Assembly: GCA_048270185.1 (NCBI GenBank)
Contig: JBLWTJ010000001.1
Location: forward strand, 1,088,001-1,152,000
Source: Bacteriovoracaceae bacterium
GTDB lineage: Bacteria > Bdellovibrionota > Bacteriovoracia > Bacteriovoracales > Bacteriovoracaceae
Direction of reading: 5' to 3'
DNA length: 64,000 bases
Shown here: positions 1 to 9,822 of the stretch, piece by piece
Position numbering within the stretch: the first letter of the stretch is position 1
How the letters are laid out: the number at the start of each line of letters is the position of its first letter
Program-made: the position numbers and the translations under genes
Notes under the pieces: generated by a model
Databases searched by the model: none
What the model saw: the letters and a program-made list of their open reading frames with translations, nothing else
What the model was told of the DNA's origin: nothing

Positions 1-307
1 GCCCCTTATGATTTTCTTTATAGCCAGGCTGAAGCCATACTTCCCAATTCTCTCTCTCCATTAGACGATTATGTGTGTCCATGAAGAAGTGAACAGTTTG
101 TCCCTTCTTTGCTTTAAAAAATTCATTGGCCAAAAACTCATGCTTTTCAGGAGGGATAAGTTCAAACACAGATGTGCCTATAACCTCGCCATAACCGACA
201 TAGAGGTCACTCATATAGGTAAATTTGCCATCAAAATCGACATGGCAGTAAAGAATATTCGAATTAAATAGCTCAGGTTTTAAGCTATTATTATCCGTTA
301 TTTCCAC
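1..307 (-). CDS. PAS-domain sensor protein, 5' part only (runs off the window edge; not in the ORF track)
   Basis: Manual translation from GTG at 307, open to position 1: VEITDNNSLKPELFNSNILYCHVDFDGKFTYMSDLYVGYGEVIGTSVFELIPPEKHEFL... The D-x-D-G..Y..G..VIG.SV.ELIPPE pattern is PAS-like. An in-frame TAA lies just upstream. Confidence 0.65.
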   Translation of the reverse strand, partial: MEITDNNSLKPELFNSNILYCHVDFDGKFTYMSDLYVGYGEVIGTSVFELIPPEKHEFLANEFFKAKKGQTVHFFMDTHNRLMERENWEVWLQPGYKENHKG

Positions 308-419
308 ATGGCGTCTCGTGTATTAACTAACTTTATATCAACTTCTTTAATTTACTTAAGTAAAGAAAACACCCTAAGCTTTAATTTCATGCAAAGGGTA
401 TTTATCTATTAAAAAAATA

Positions 420-1166
420 TTACAGTGATGTTTCAGATACTGAAGATGTATCGTCGCCTGAAGAGCTACTCAAAGAGTCTTCAGATGATGACTTCTCATA
501 AGTATCTGGAATTAGAGACCACTTTCCTCCCCCCTCAGAGCGGATAATATAACCATAGTCATGTAACTTTCTTCTTAGGTTATATAAGTGGACATCAACT
601 GTCTTCGGGTGAACTGTTGTATCTCCCCATACATTATCGAGAATATCATCTCGGCTTACAATTCGATGTGGAGAATTGATAAATAGTCCGAGTAGTTGTT
701 TTTGTTTGCTCGTTAGATGCTCTACTTCTTTTCCGTCAAGAAGCATTGACTTGTGAGCAATTGGTTGAACCATTCGTCTTGGACTTCCATTAAATACATT
801 TTCAATTTTTACAATAAGCTCATTCTTCTTAAATGGCTTTGTTAAGTAATCTAGTGCTCCTTCCATAAAACAGAATCTCAGGGCATCGATATCATCAATA
901 CTTGAAACAATGATAAATGGAATTACCATCAGTCTTCTATCCTTAGAATGATTTAAGTAAGTCATAAAATTACCGTCATCAAGCATAAGATCTGCAATAA
1001 TTAATGCAGGATTTTTTTGAGTTTCACTTAGTGACTTTTGGAATTCTTCAATAGAAGAAAAAAATCTTAAATTGTTGTAGCGATGAACAAGCGTTTGCTC
1101 ATACACAAAGCGGCATCCCTCATCATCCTCTAGAATCCAAATTTCCTTGTCTGTTGCCATTGTCAT
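420..1166 (-). CDS. OmpR-family response regulator (REC + winged-helix), Ser-rich C-terminal tail
   Basis: ILEDD acidic pocket, IADL phospho-Asp, LTKPF, and wHTH motif SRDDILDNVWG..TVDVHLYNLRRKL. Confidence 0.9.
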   Translation of the reverse strand: MTMATDKEIWILEDDEGCRFVYEQTLVHRYNNLRFFSSIEEFQKSLSETQKNPALIIADLMLDDGNFMTYLNHSKDRRLMVIPFIIVSSIDDIDALRFCFMEGALDYLTKPFKKNELIVKIENVFNGSPRRMVQPIAHKSMLLDGKEVEHLTSKQKQLLGLFINSPHRIVSRDDILDNVWGDTTVHPKTVDVHLYNLRRKLHDYGYIIRSEGGGKWSLIPDTYEKSSSEDSLSSSSGDDTSSVSETSL

Positions 1167-1807
1167 AATTTTAACCTCACCGATAAATTGTTGCTGTTTT
1201 CGAGAATATCGTAGTCCCAGCCTTTGGCCACAAAGCTGTCTATGCCTACGAATCTTCTCAATGATTTTTCGTTTTCGTCACCTAAGTTTAAGATGGATTC
1301 TAAGTCCTGTCTTAAGTATTTGTTTAATTCTGACTTAAGAAAAATTAATTTTCTTAACTCGTCTTTAATTTCTAGGATGATATGAATTGAACTTTTTCCT
1401 TCATTCTTTGCTAAAGTTGAAAATAAATGGGCAAAAGAGAACAGTCCCTCACAAAGAGTATTTGCATCCTTATTAGAAATTGTCGTATCCCCATCGACTT
1501 GCCATGTGATGTCGGCAAAGTGTTTCTTTAAATAAATACGTGCTTGACCAAAAGCTCTTGCAACAATCTTGCTAATTTTTACTTCCGGTTCAAGAAAGTA
1601 AGGAGTTGATTGCTTCAGAAGTTCTAGATCATTTTGAAACTTCTCTAAGCCTTGATTGAGCTTCTTTACAAAAGGATTTTCTGGATCTTGTTCTTCTAGT
1701 AATTCATCAATACAAAAGCGTATAAGATGGATGTGACCAGAATAGTCGTGTGCCAAAACTCTAAGCGTTTCATTAAACGCTTCACCAGTGTTTATTTCAT
1801 TATTCAT
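1163..1807 (-). CDS. Hypothetical protein with H-box; possible ChpT-like histidine phosphotransferase or pseudokinase
   Basis: N-terminal RVLAHDYSGHIHLI resembles an H-box helix. No recognisable N/G1/G2 boxes. 4-bp overlap with the response regulator. Confidence 0.45.
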   Translation of the reverse strand: MNNEINTGEAFNETLRVLAHDYSGHIHLIRFCIDELLEEQDPENPFVKKLNQGLEKFQNDLELLKQSTPYFLEPEVKISKIVARAFGQARIYLKKHFADITWQVDGDTTISNKDANTLCEGLFSFAHLFSTLAKNEGKSSIHIILEIKDELRKLIFLKSELNKYLRQDLESILNLGDENEKSLRRFVGIDSFVAKGWDYDILENSNNLSVRLKL

Positions 1808-1971
1808 AAAACCTGCGCTGTTTGTTAACTTTTTTTATTTAGTACCAATAAAAACTAATTAGTGGAAGAGAAAAATGACTATTGCGTTAAGTGACTGAAA
1901 TTATAGGTATTAAAACCGGTATATTTTATAGAAAATTGGACAATGAGCGAAAGATATTCTAATTTCGGCCC

Positions 1972-2724
1972 ATGGAAAACAAGTTTTTAACAGGTGGGAC
2001 AGATAAGGTCTTTGCCAAAGAGATTGAGAAAATCTCAGATTTTAAGTTCAACCAAGATGTCGCTTCAGTATTTGACGACATGGTTTCTCGTAGTATTCCA
2101 AACTATCATGAAATTCATAAGATCATAATTGATCTTGTTAGGCGCGCCTATCGTGGTGGAACAATTTATGATTTTGGTTGTTCCACTGGAACCACAATGC
2201 TTCTAATTGCCGACTACCTACGTAAGAATGAAAAAGAGCTTCCAAAGTTTATTGGGATTGATACTTCAAAGCCTATGCTTGAAAAAGCAGCGCAAAAACT
2301 AAAGTCGCATAAACTTCTCGATCATGTAGAATTAATTAAAGACTCAATTACAGATATTAAAGTTGAGAATGCTGGTATGGCCATTATGAACTATACCCTT
2401 CAATTCCTACCTCTTGATCAACGCCTAGAGGTTTTAAAGAATATCAATAATGGACTAAATGATGGTGGCTACTTTGTACTGGCCGAGAAGATTATCTGCC
2501 AAGATGAAGAAATTGATGAGCTGCTCGTTGATCTCTATTACGACTTTAAAAGACGTAATGGATATAGTGAAATGGAGATTTCCCAAAAACGTGAAGCACT
2601 AGAAAATGTGTTAATACCTTTAACTCCAAAACAACAATTAGAAATGCTCAACGAAGCAGGATTTAAAAAGTCTGAAATGATTTTTAGATGGTACAACTTT
2701 GCTTGTTACCTTTGCATGAAGTAA
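1972..2724 (+). CDS. cmoA: Carboxy-S-adenosyl-L-methionine synthase
   Basis: FKFNQDVASVFDDMVSRSIPNY, YDFGCSTG, NYTLQFL, FKRRNGYSEMEISQKREALENVL. Confidence 0.95.
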   Translation: MENKFLTGGTDKVFAKEIEKISDFKFNQDVASVFDDMVSRSIPNYHEIHKIIIDLVRRAYRGGTIYDFGCSTGTTMLLIADYLRKNEKELPKFIGIDTSKPMLEKAAQKLKSHKLLDHVELIKDSITDIKVENAGMAIMNYTLQFLPLDQRLEVLKNINNGLNDGGYFVLAEKIICQDEEIDELLVDLYYDFKRRNGYSEMEISQKREALENVLIPLTPKQQLEMLNEAGFKKSEMIFRWYNFACYLCMK

Positions 2725-2727
2725 TTA

Positions 2728-3660
2728 ATGATGAAAAACCTAGAATACTTAGAAACATATGGAAACCGTGTAGATCTTGAAGCTTTAAGACAATTAAAGC
2801 AGGAGAAATTACATATTTTCAGAACAAAGTATGAAAGAGAGTATAAGGAAATATTTGAAACAATTGATTCATTAGAGATCGATACAGATAAAACGACAGA
2901 AATAGCAAAGCAATTGATTCCATGGCGAAAGGGGCCATTTCAAGTTGGTTCACTTTCAATCGATGCGGAATGGCGCTCGGATAAAAAATGGCAAAGGCTA
3001 AAGGATCATCTCCCTGAGCTTAAAGATAAAATTGTTTTAGATGTTGGATGCAATAATGGTTACTACATGTTTGAAATGGCCAAAGAAAATCCAAAACTGG
3101 TTTTAGGGATTGACCCAGTTCTACATAACCAAGCTCAGTTTGATTTTATCAATCACTTTAAAAAGCACGATAATTTAAAATTTGAATTATTTGGAATAGA
3201 AGACTTACCAAACTTCAGATCATTCTTTGATGTCGTCTTTTCAATGGGTGTCCTCTATCATCACCGTCACCCTCTTGAGCAACTAATATCAATTAGAGAA
3301 TCCCTTGTTCCGGGTGGAACGATGATAATGGAAACGATTGGAATTCCAGGAGAAGAGACAATTTGTTTATTCCCTGAAGATCGCTATTCAAAAATGCGAA
3401 ACGTATGGTTTCTACCAACTCTTAGTTGTTTAAAAAATTGGATTAATCGTACAGGCTTTACTGACATCGAAGTAGTATCAAGTTCCACAACTAATTTTGA
3501 AGAGCAAAGGAAGACTCCTTGGTGTCCTCCCCCTCACCAATCTTTAGAAGACTTCCTAGATGAAAATGATAAAACAAAAACAGTTGAAGGCTATCCTGCT
3601 CCGGTACGTTTTTGTATTAAGGCGATTAAGAAGCCCAATTCCCCAATAAAGACATTCTAG
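2728..3660 (+). CDS. cmoB: tRNA U34 carboxymethyltransferase
   Basis: LIPWRKGPF, IDAEWRSDKKW, LDVGCNNGYY, SMGVLYH, KTVEGYPAP; directly follows cmoA. Confidence 0.95.
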   Translation: MMKNLEYLETYGNRVDLEALRQLKQEKLHIFRTKYEREYKEIFETIDSLEIDTDKTTEIAKQLIPWRKGPFQVGSLSIDAEWRSDKKWQRLKDHLPELKDKIVLDVGCNNGYYMFEMAKENPKLVLGIDPVLHNQAQFDFINHFKKHDNLKFELFGIEDLPNFRSFFDVVFSMGVLYHHRHPLEQLISIRESLVPGGTMIMETIGIPGEETICLFPEDRYSKMRNVWFLPTLSCLKNWINRTGFTDIEVVSSSTTNFEEQRKTPWCPPPHQSLEDFLDENDKTKTVEGYPAPVRFCIKAIKKPNSPIKTF

Positions 3661-4040
3661 TGATTCAAAGAAGTAAGAAAATCATCTATTTAAGTTTTGG
3701 AATCGCCTTTGTACTAATGGCAATTATTGGTATTTTCTTGCCACTCATCCCGACTACTCCATTCTTGCTTCTAAGTGCTTATTGCTTTTCAAGAAGTAGT
3801 GAGAAGTATTATCAATGGTTATTGAATCATCGAATATTTGGACCAATTATCACGGATTGGAATAAGTATGGCGTGGTAAGTGTGAAATCAAAAATCATTG
3901 CTGTTTCGATGATTATTGCTCTCTTTAGTTACTCATTGATATATGTTGAAGTGGCACCAATAGTTAAAATTATCATTTCACTAATTGGCCTATCGGTTAT
4001 CACTTTTCTTTTAACTAGACCTTCCCATCGAAAATTATAA
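3660..4040 (+). CDS. ybaN: YbaN/DUF454 inner-membrane protein
   Basis: IGIFLPLIPTTPFLLLSAYCFSRSS..WLLNHRIFGPII family signature. Confidence 0.9.
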   Translation: MIQRSKKIIYLSFGIAFVLMAIIGIFLPLIPTTPFLLLSAYCFSRSSEKYYQWLLNHRIFGPIITDWNKYGVVSVKSKIIAVSMIIALFSYSLIYVEVAPIVKIIISLIGLSVITFLLTRPSHRKL

Positions 4041-4694
4041 TTTATACTTTTGACCTTTTTCAAAAACAAAACAGTCACCATGAACATGAATCTCATCTTC
4101 TGTAACAATTAAGCCACTACCATCTGGACAGGCATAGATTGGAAAGCGTGAAAGAATCGAATGACGTTTTAGCTCATCTTCATATCTCTTCGATTTTCGA
4201 TAATGAGGAAAGAATTCGAAATCGATGAGATTTAACGATTTAAAGTCGCGAACATTATCATCATTATCATCTCGATCCCAAGGAGGAAATGATGCTGTCA
4301 TAATATTGGGAGTCGTGATAATTGCACCAGCAGAAAGTCCAGTAAGAATTCCTCCTCGCTCAACATAACTCTTTAGTTCATCAAATATTCCACTACTTCT
4401 TAAATGTTTTAGGAAATAGAAAGTATTACCACCACCGAGATGGATAACATCACTTGAAAGAGCTTCTTCTTTTAGAGTTTTATCGAATTCGTGATCGACA
4501 GGAAAGTGTATGAAGCGCTTAAAACCTATTTTTTTATAGGCCATTATTAGATCTAAAAAATCAAGTTCAGACTCATATGAACTTGCAGGTATAAATGTTA
4601 TGCTTGGATTTTCGCTCTTGCACAAGCTAAAGACATGCTCGTCCATTTCAACATTGTCGCAGAAGTCGCCACCGCCATAAAGCCCAATTTTCAT
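4035..4694 (-). CDS. Peptidase E / S51 family (class I glutamine amidotransferase-like)
   Basis: FIPAS, LGGGNTFYFL, GLSAGA nucleophile elbow, FPHY. Confidence 0.85.
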   Translation of the reverse strand: MKIGLYGGGDFCDNVEMDEHVFSLCKSENPSITFIPASSYESELDFLDLIMAYKKIGFKRFIHFPVDHEFDKTLKEEALSSDVIHLGGGNTFYFLKHLRSSGIFDELKSYVERGGILTGLSAGAIITTPNIMTASFPPWDRDDNDDNVRDFKSLNLIDFEFFPHYRKSKRYEDELKRHSILSRFPIYACPDGSGLIVTEDEIHVHGDCFVFEKGQKYKL

Positions 4695-4697
4695 GTG

Positions 4698-6560
4698 TTA
4701 AATGCCTTCTCTATAATCTCTTACAATCTTTAAAAATTCACTAACGATTGGTTTAACAGGTTGGCGTTTATCTCTGTTAGTATTTCTAGAACCTTGTGAG
4801 CGTTCAATATTATCGGGATCGAAAGTTTGGTTTTCTCTAAACTCTTTCATCACACCAAACATGATCTGAGGATCAAATTTCTTAACCTTCTTCATTACTG
4901 TATCAACAATACGAGCAATACTATCTCCAGTCACTCGTTCAAATTTATTAATTATTGAAGATCGCATGAGTATTTCAAGAAGTATATCTTCTTTACTCTT
5001 CTTTGATTTCTTTGCAACCGTTTCTACTATTCTTAAGTAATTCTCTTGGAAAGAATCAATCTTTGATGCACGATACTGATTTATTTCAAGGTCACCTTTT
5101 GTTGCATAACTCGACTTAGCGATATTAATAAATTCATCTCTTGTAATAGTTTCACCGCGACTAAGAATAATTTGAGGATACTCTCTCAAAATATCTCTCA
5201 TACAGAAGATGGCATCCCAACAGATCCCATCGCTTACTTCATATAACCCAAAACTTGATTTGGCCTTCTCAAAGTAATAGAAGTCTTTTTGAAAATCTTC
5301 TATCATCTCTGACTTACGAGAAATAAGATAATCAATATATATAGGATCGATACCTATTTTAGTTAAAAGATTAATCTTCTTTTGATCTTCAAAAATTTGA
5401 TCAAAAATCTTAAGACTTTCATCTGAGCTAAACTCTCCAATGGACTTCTTCTTTCCACTAATTAAGAAATCAACAATCTGTACGAAAGTTTGAGCTATAT
5501 ATTTAGCCTTCTCTTTCTGCTCTTTAATTGTTGTGGAATACCTTTGAACATCATCAAAGCGATACTCATGGTGATATAGACCAAACTGGCGAATTGAGCC
5601 GTAATCGATGATCCCACCATTCATTAAGATATTATCACCGTCCCAATCTAGCCAACAGAAAATATAATCATCTTCAAAGTTAGCAGCAAGTCTTGCAAAG
5701 ACTTCAACTTGTTTCTTTAGAAAGAATTTATAACGTGACTTTGGAGTCTTTGGAACCTTATTCCAGTCACCATTCATCACTTGGCGATCAATATAATAAT
5801 TAACGATATTTTTAAGGGCCTCGTAATTTGATTGCTTAAGGTGATTAAACATATGAGACGGTCTAATGAGATTATTATTTGCCCTTACATTAATTGAAAT
5901 ATTATTTCCAAAATCAATGATGGCAAGACATCTCTCTGTTTCATAATTATTCTTCTTCATAATTTCAGAAAAGAAGAGCGTTGCTAAACCTTCGTCTAGC
6001 TCAGAGTAGCCACAGCCATAAGAGATTGTCGGATCTCCGGTCATAAAGTACTTATTTTGAATATGTGTTGCGGGAGATAGTTTTGTTGCACCTGTTCCCT
6101 GACTAGAAATATCCCAAACTTGTCCCTTGTGCTTAACTATTCCATTCCATATTGAGCGGCCGTCTCCAGAAGTCTTCCCCTGCTTATTAGGATGTTGTAA
6201 TTGAAGGTAGCGAGTGGCCATATACTTGTTTGGAAGAATATCTTCTTGTGGAAAGCTTATATTATTCTCAATATCATATTCATTGATAATAACAATTGAA
6301 AAAGTATCAAGGATTTGCTTGGATAATTCTGGCCCCACAACTTCTTCATGGTCTTCGGGAATGAGTCCCATTTCCTTTGCTAAATCAAAGTTAAAAAAGG
6401 CGACCTTCCCTCCATGTCGTCGTCTTGCTTGATACGTAATGAATGCATCTTTACATGACTTTTGAAGCGGATGCTTACCGTTTATTTGGCTAAATTTAGA
6501 ATAACTTAAGTTAGAATTTGTTTTAAGTTTTAAGGAACCCATTGCTAGATTATAGCTCAT
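4698..6560 (-). CDS. Divergent SelO/YdiU-family pseudokinase (AMPylase-like)
   Basis: FFNFDLAKEMG, SGDGRS, WDISSQGTGAT, FSEIM..ERCLAII, DNILMNGGIIDYGS align in order with SelO motifs (GDGR, KGxGxT, SEAM, DN..TIDYGP). Confidence 0.75.
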   Translation of the reverse strand: MSYNLAMGSLKLKTNSNLSYSKFSQINGKHPLQKSCKDAFITYQARRRHGGKVAFFNFDLAKEMGLIPEDHEEVVGPELSKQILDTFSIVIINEYDIENNISFPQEDILPNKYMATRYLQLQHPNKQGKTSGDGRSIWNGIVKHKGQVWDISSQGTGATKLSPATHIQNKYFMTGDPTISYGCGYSELDEGLATLFFSEIMKKNNYETERCLAIIDFGNNISINVRANNNLIRPSHMFNHLKQSNYEALKNIVNYYIDRQVMNGDWNKVPKTPKSRYKFFLKKQVEVFARLAANFEDDYIFCWLDWDGDNILMNGGIIDYGSIRQFGLYHHEYRFDDVQRYSTTIKEQKEKAKYIAQTFVQIVDFLISGKKKSIGEFSSDESLKIFDQIFEDQKKINLLTKIGIDPIYIDYLISRKSEMIEDFQKDFYYFEKAKSSFGLYEVSDGICWDAIFCMRDILREYPQIILSRGETITRDEFINIAKSSYATKGDLEINQYRASKIDSFQENYLRIVETVAKKSKKSKEDILLEILMRSSIINKFERVTGDSIARIVDTVMKKVKKFDPQIMFGVMKEFRENQTFDPDNIERSQGSRNTNRDKRQPVKPIVSEFLKIVRDYREGI

Positions 6561-6603
6561 TCAAATAGGCATTTTTTATGAAACGAAGATTTTGCTTTCA
6601 TTT

Positions 6604-6626
6604 TGGCGCAGTACTTGACTGCGCCA
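6604..6626. other. Perfect 9-bp hairpin between ppiA and the SelO-like gene, with no U-tract in the sense direction
   Basis: TGGCGCAGT-acttg-ACTGCGCCA. Confidence 0.5.
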
Positions 6627-6641
6627 TTCAGGTATATTCAA

Positions 6642-7199
6642 TTAAGGCTGAACATATGCCTTTTTAATGACAATATTTGAAGTTGGAAGGTTTTGAAATG
6701 GGCCATTTCGACCTGTTTTAGTCTTCTTAATTCTATTTACAACGGCCATACCGCTAATAACTTTTCCAAAAACAGCATAACCATATTGAGATGGTGTTGG
6801 GCCAGTATGGTCTAGGAAAGTATTATCTTTTACGTTGATAAAGAATTGAGAAGTCCCAGAGTCAATAACAGAAGTTCTTGCCATTGCAATTGTACCTTGA
6901 GCATTACTAATTCCGTTAGTCGCTTCGTTCTTAATTGGCTTTTCAGTTTTCTTCTTTTTAAGAGAAGTATCGTATCCCCCACCTTGGATCATAAAATCAT
7001 CAATCACACGGTGAAAAACTGTGTCATTATAAAAGCCAGAATTCACATAACTTAAAAAGTTCTTAACAGTAATAGGAGCTTTCTTATCGTAAAGCTTTAC
7101 TACGATATCACCGTAGTTTGTTTGAAGAACAACTTTGGTTTCAGCAAAAGTATAAAGACTGAAAATCAAAGCACATAATATCTTAATTTTTAATTTCAT
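6642..7199 (-). CDS. ppiA: Periplasmic cyclophilin-type peptidyl-prolyl isomerase
   Basis: Signal peptide, APITVKNFLSY, FHRVIDDFMIQGGG, GTIAMART, SQFFIN, YAVFGKV. Confidence 0.93.
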   Translation of the reverse strand: MKLKIKILCALIFSLYTFAETKVVLQTNYGDIVVKLYDKKAPITVKNFLSYVNSGFYNDTVFHRVIDDFMIQGGGYDTSLKKKKTEKPIKNEATNGISNAQGTIAMARTSVIDSGTSQFFINVKDNTFLDHTGPTPSQYGYAVFGKVISGMAVVNRIKKTKTGRNGPFQNLPTSNIVIKKAYVQP

Positions 7200-7843
7200 T
7201 TATCATCCTTAAAGAATTTTTTAAATTCTAGGTATTGCTCGTGATTATTATAGTCTAAAAAATCGTTTTTTGCGAGGTCGGCCAAATTATGATTTCCCCA
7301 ATAAAAATCATCGTTAATACCAAAAGTTGGTACACCAAAAACACCTCGTTCAAATGCTTCATTAATCTTAGCTTTTAATTCTTTTTTTAACACTCGATCT
7401 TGCTCGAGTTCATCAAATTTTTCTAAAGTTAAACAATTTTTAATAATATAATCTTTAAAGTGATCATAATCTTCGTAATCAAATCCTTCTTGCCAGCCAT
7501 ACTTAAATGTTTCGACAATAAAACTTCTTTGCAATTCCCTATTAGATTCAAGACCTAGGGCCATACGTAGGTATGGAAGTGAATTAAATGGAAGCGTTCT
7601 TGGAAAAGTTAACTTTACTCCAAGTGAGTCAGCGGCCCTTAGGGCCTCTTTATAAAGATATAAAGCTTTATTTTTTACTTGTGCAGGAGCACTCATTTCA
7701 TTTAATGAAAAGAGTCTTCCTACCATAACAGGACAGTAATCGATCTCATATTTAGCATCTAAAATACCATCATTAATTTGTAACATACTCAGGTAAGAAT
7801 ATGGTGAAGTGAAGTCGAAGTAGAAATTGAGTCTTTTTTTCAT
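7196..7843 (-). CDS. 2-hydroxychromene-2-carboxylate isomerase / DsbA-like (kappa GST) protein
   Basis: FYFDFTSPYSYL and GVFGVPTF..FYWG. Confidence 0.85.
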   Translation of the reverse strand: MKKRLNFYFDFTSPYSYLSMLQINDGILDAKYEIDYCPVMVGRLFSLNEMSAPAQVKNKALYLYKEALRAADSLGVKLTFPRTLPFNSLPYLRMALGLESNRELQRSFIVETFKYGWQEGFDYEDYDHFKDYIIKNCLTLEKFDELEQDRVLKKELKAKINEAFERGVFGVPTFGINDDFYWGNHNLADLAKNDFLDYNNHEQYLEFKKFFKDDK

Positions 7844-7888
7844 AATTCCAGTAAAGTTATTTAAAAATGTTAATAAAAACTATATATT

Positions 7889-9742
7889 ATGCCTGTGAGA
7901 AGCACCCTATTTAAATTTATCATCACCTTTGCGGTTGTGGCAATTCGAATTGCCCATGCTTCCCCTCCCCTTGAACTTAGTGAAAACCTAACGTCAACAA
8001 AGAGTATTGGCCACCATATCGAATATAAGATTTCTAATGAGAAAGATTATAGTCCAGAAGGTTTCAAATCTAATAAAAATGATGTCATTAATGCAGGCTA
8101 TATACAACGGCCAATTTGGCTACGAATCAATATATCTAATAGAACGTCAACAAAACAAAAACGAATTATTCATTTGAGTTCTGGCCTACTCTTATTTGAC
8201 CAAGTCTTGGCTATAAAGGGAAAAGAGCATCGAAAAATTTCTTTTGGTAACGATCGTCCATTTGAGATATTCAATGCTTTTAAAATAGAGTTAAATCCTC
8301 ACTCTTCCATGACCTATGTCATTAAAATAAGCACCCTCAATCGAATTGAAACAGAAGTTTTACTCCATTCAGAAGACGACTTTATTAAGAAAGAATCGGC
8401 TTTCTTCATTCTTAATTCCGTATATGTTGCAATACTTCTGACACTATTTATTTATAACCTGATTCTCTACTTCCTTATGAAAGAGAAAGCTTATCTTATA
8501 TATTCTTCATTTATCTTTTCAATGATCATTACAGTAACCACAATTACAGGCTTTCTTACTCATATATTTGCAGGAGGGTTGATCGCCAAGTACCTAGGCG
8601 TCTTCGCCTACATTTCAATTATCTTCTCGTATCTCTTTGCAGACGAACTACTTGATTTTAAAAAAGTAAATACCAAAATCTTTGAAATTATAAAGAGAGT
8701 TTTCTTCGTTATTGCGATCATTGGCTCAACCGGAATCATTATTCCAGGACTTGATCCTTATAATATGTATATTGGATATTTTATCGATTTTACAGTAATG
8801 CTCATGTTCGCTTTCTTGTTAGGGGCAACGGTTTATATAAATAAAACCAGGCCAACAATTGAAGCCAAGGTGTATTTATTATCATGGATAATTCTATATA
8901 TTAGTGCAATTACTTACTTTGTTTCGATATATGGTTTTTTAAGCTTAAACTTTTTCACACAAAACCTTCTAATCTTTGGAAATATTTTTGAAGTTTTCAC
9001 CGTCTCAATTGCTCTAGGCTTAAAGGTTAATCGTATTTCAAGAGAAAACGAGATTAGACTATTAAAGAATCAGGACCAGCAAAAGTACATTAGACTTCTA
9101 AGAGTTCTTTCTCACGATATTGCAAATTCACTCTTTATTATTTCAGGGTATGCAAGTCGCTACCTAAGGCGAGGAAGTGTTGATAATGAAAAAGTGTGGC
9201 CAAAAGTTCATTCTGCTTGCCTCCATATAAAAGGAATTCTCGACAACGTTAAGTCAGAGCAGGCCCTGATAAATAATAACCCAAAGTTGAACGATTTTAC
9301 TCTAAAGAAGCTTTTTGAAGATATTGAACTGATCTTTTCAAGTCAATGTGATCAAAAGAATATTAGACTAAATTTAAACCTTGAGAACCCAGATGTGGTT
9401 ATACACTCTAATCAGACAATGCTTGCTCACCAAATAATTGGTAATATCATTTCTAATTCTATAAAGTTCACTCCAAAGAATGGTGTTATTAGTGTTAATT
9501 CAATTACAAATGAAGACTCCTACCAAATCCTAATCAAAGATAATGGAATTGGTATGACTAAGGAGACCTTAAGTAAAATAAATCGCCATATTGATACAGG
9601 AATAAGCTATGGAACAATGGGTGAAAAAGGCACTGGGTTTGGTTATTTTATCATTAGATCCTATGCAAAACTTCTCAATATTAGGTTTTCAATAGAAAGT
9701 GATCCATCGGGTACCGATGTTACTCTCTATATACCAAAATGA
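7889..9742 (+). CDS. 7TM-DISM sensor histidine kinase
   Basis: Signal peptide, PIWLRINI extracellular domain, YNLILY..YLIYS 7TM region, LSHDIAN H-box, NSIKFT, DNGIGM, GEKGTGFG. Confidence 0.88.
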   Translation: MPVRSTLFKFIITFAVVAIRIAHASPPLELSENLTSTKSIGHHIEYKISNEKDYSPEGFKSNKNDVINAGYIQRPIWLRINISNRTSTKQKRIIHLSSGLLLFDQVLAIKGKEHRKISFGNDRPFEIFNAFKIELNPHSSMTYVIKISTLNRIETEVLLHSEDDFIKKESAFFILNSVYVAILLTLFIYNLILYFLMKEKAYLIYSSFIFSMIITVTTITGFLTHIFAGGLIAKYLGVFAYISIIFSYLFADELLDFKKVNTKIFEIIKRVFFVIAIIGSTGIIIPGLDPYNMYIGYFIDFTVMLMFAFLLGATVYINKTRPTIEAKVYLLSWIILYISAITYFVSIYGFLSLNFFTQNLLIFGNIFEVFTVSIALGLKVNRISRENEIRLLKNQDQQKYIRLLRVLSHDIANSLFIISGYASRYLRRGSVDNEKVWPKVHSACLHIKGILDNVKSEQALINNNPKLNDFTLKKLFEDIELIFSSQCDQKNIRLNLNLENPDVVIHSNQTMLAHQIIGNIISNSIKFTPKNGVISVNSITNEDSYQILIKDNGIGMTKETLSKINRHIDTGISYGTMGEKGTGFGYFIIRSYAKLLNIRFSIESDPSGTDVTLYIPK

Positions 9743-9822
9743 TCAGCTATTCCCCCTATTGTTTATATCGTGAAAAGCAAATAGAATTATTATAGGAATA
9801 ATAATTACTTAGCTAGGAATAT

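Noticed and set aside
71..271. 66-aa plus-strand ORF from the track
   Set aside because: It is the antisense shadow of the PAS-like minus-strand frame at 1-307.
4698..6560. Selenocysteine recoding in the SelO-like gene
   Set aside because: Ends in TAA with no in-frame TGA and no C-terminal CSS/USS motif.
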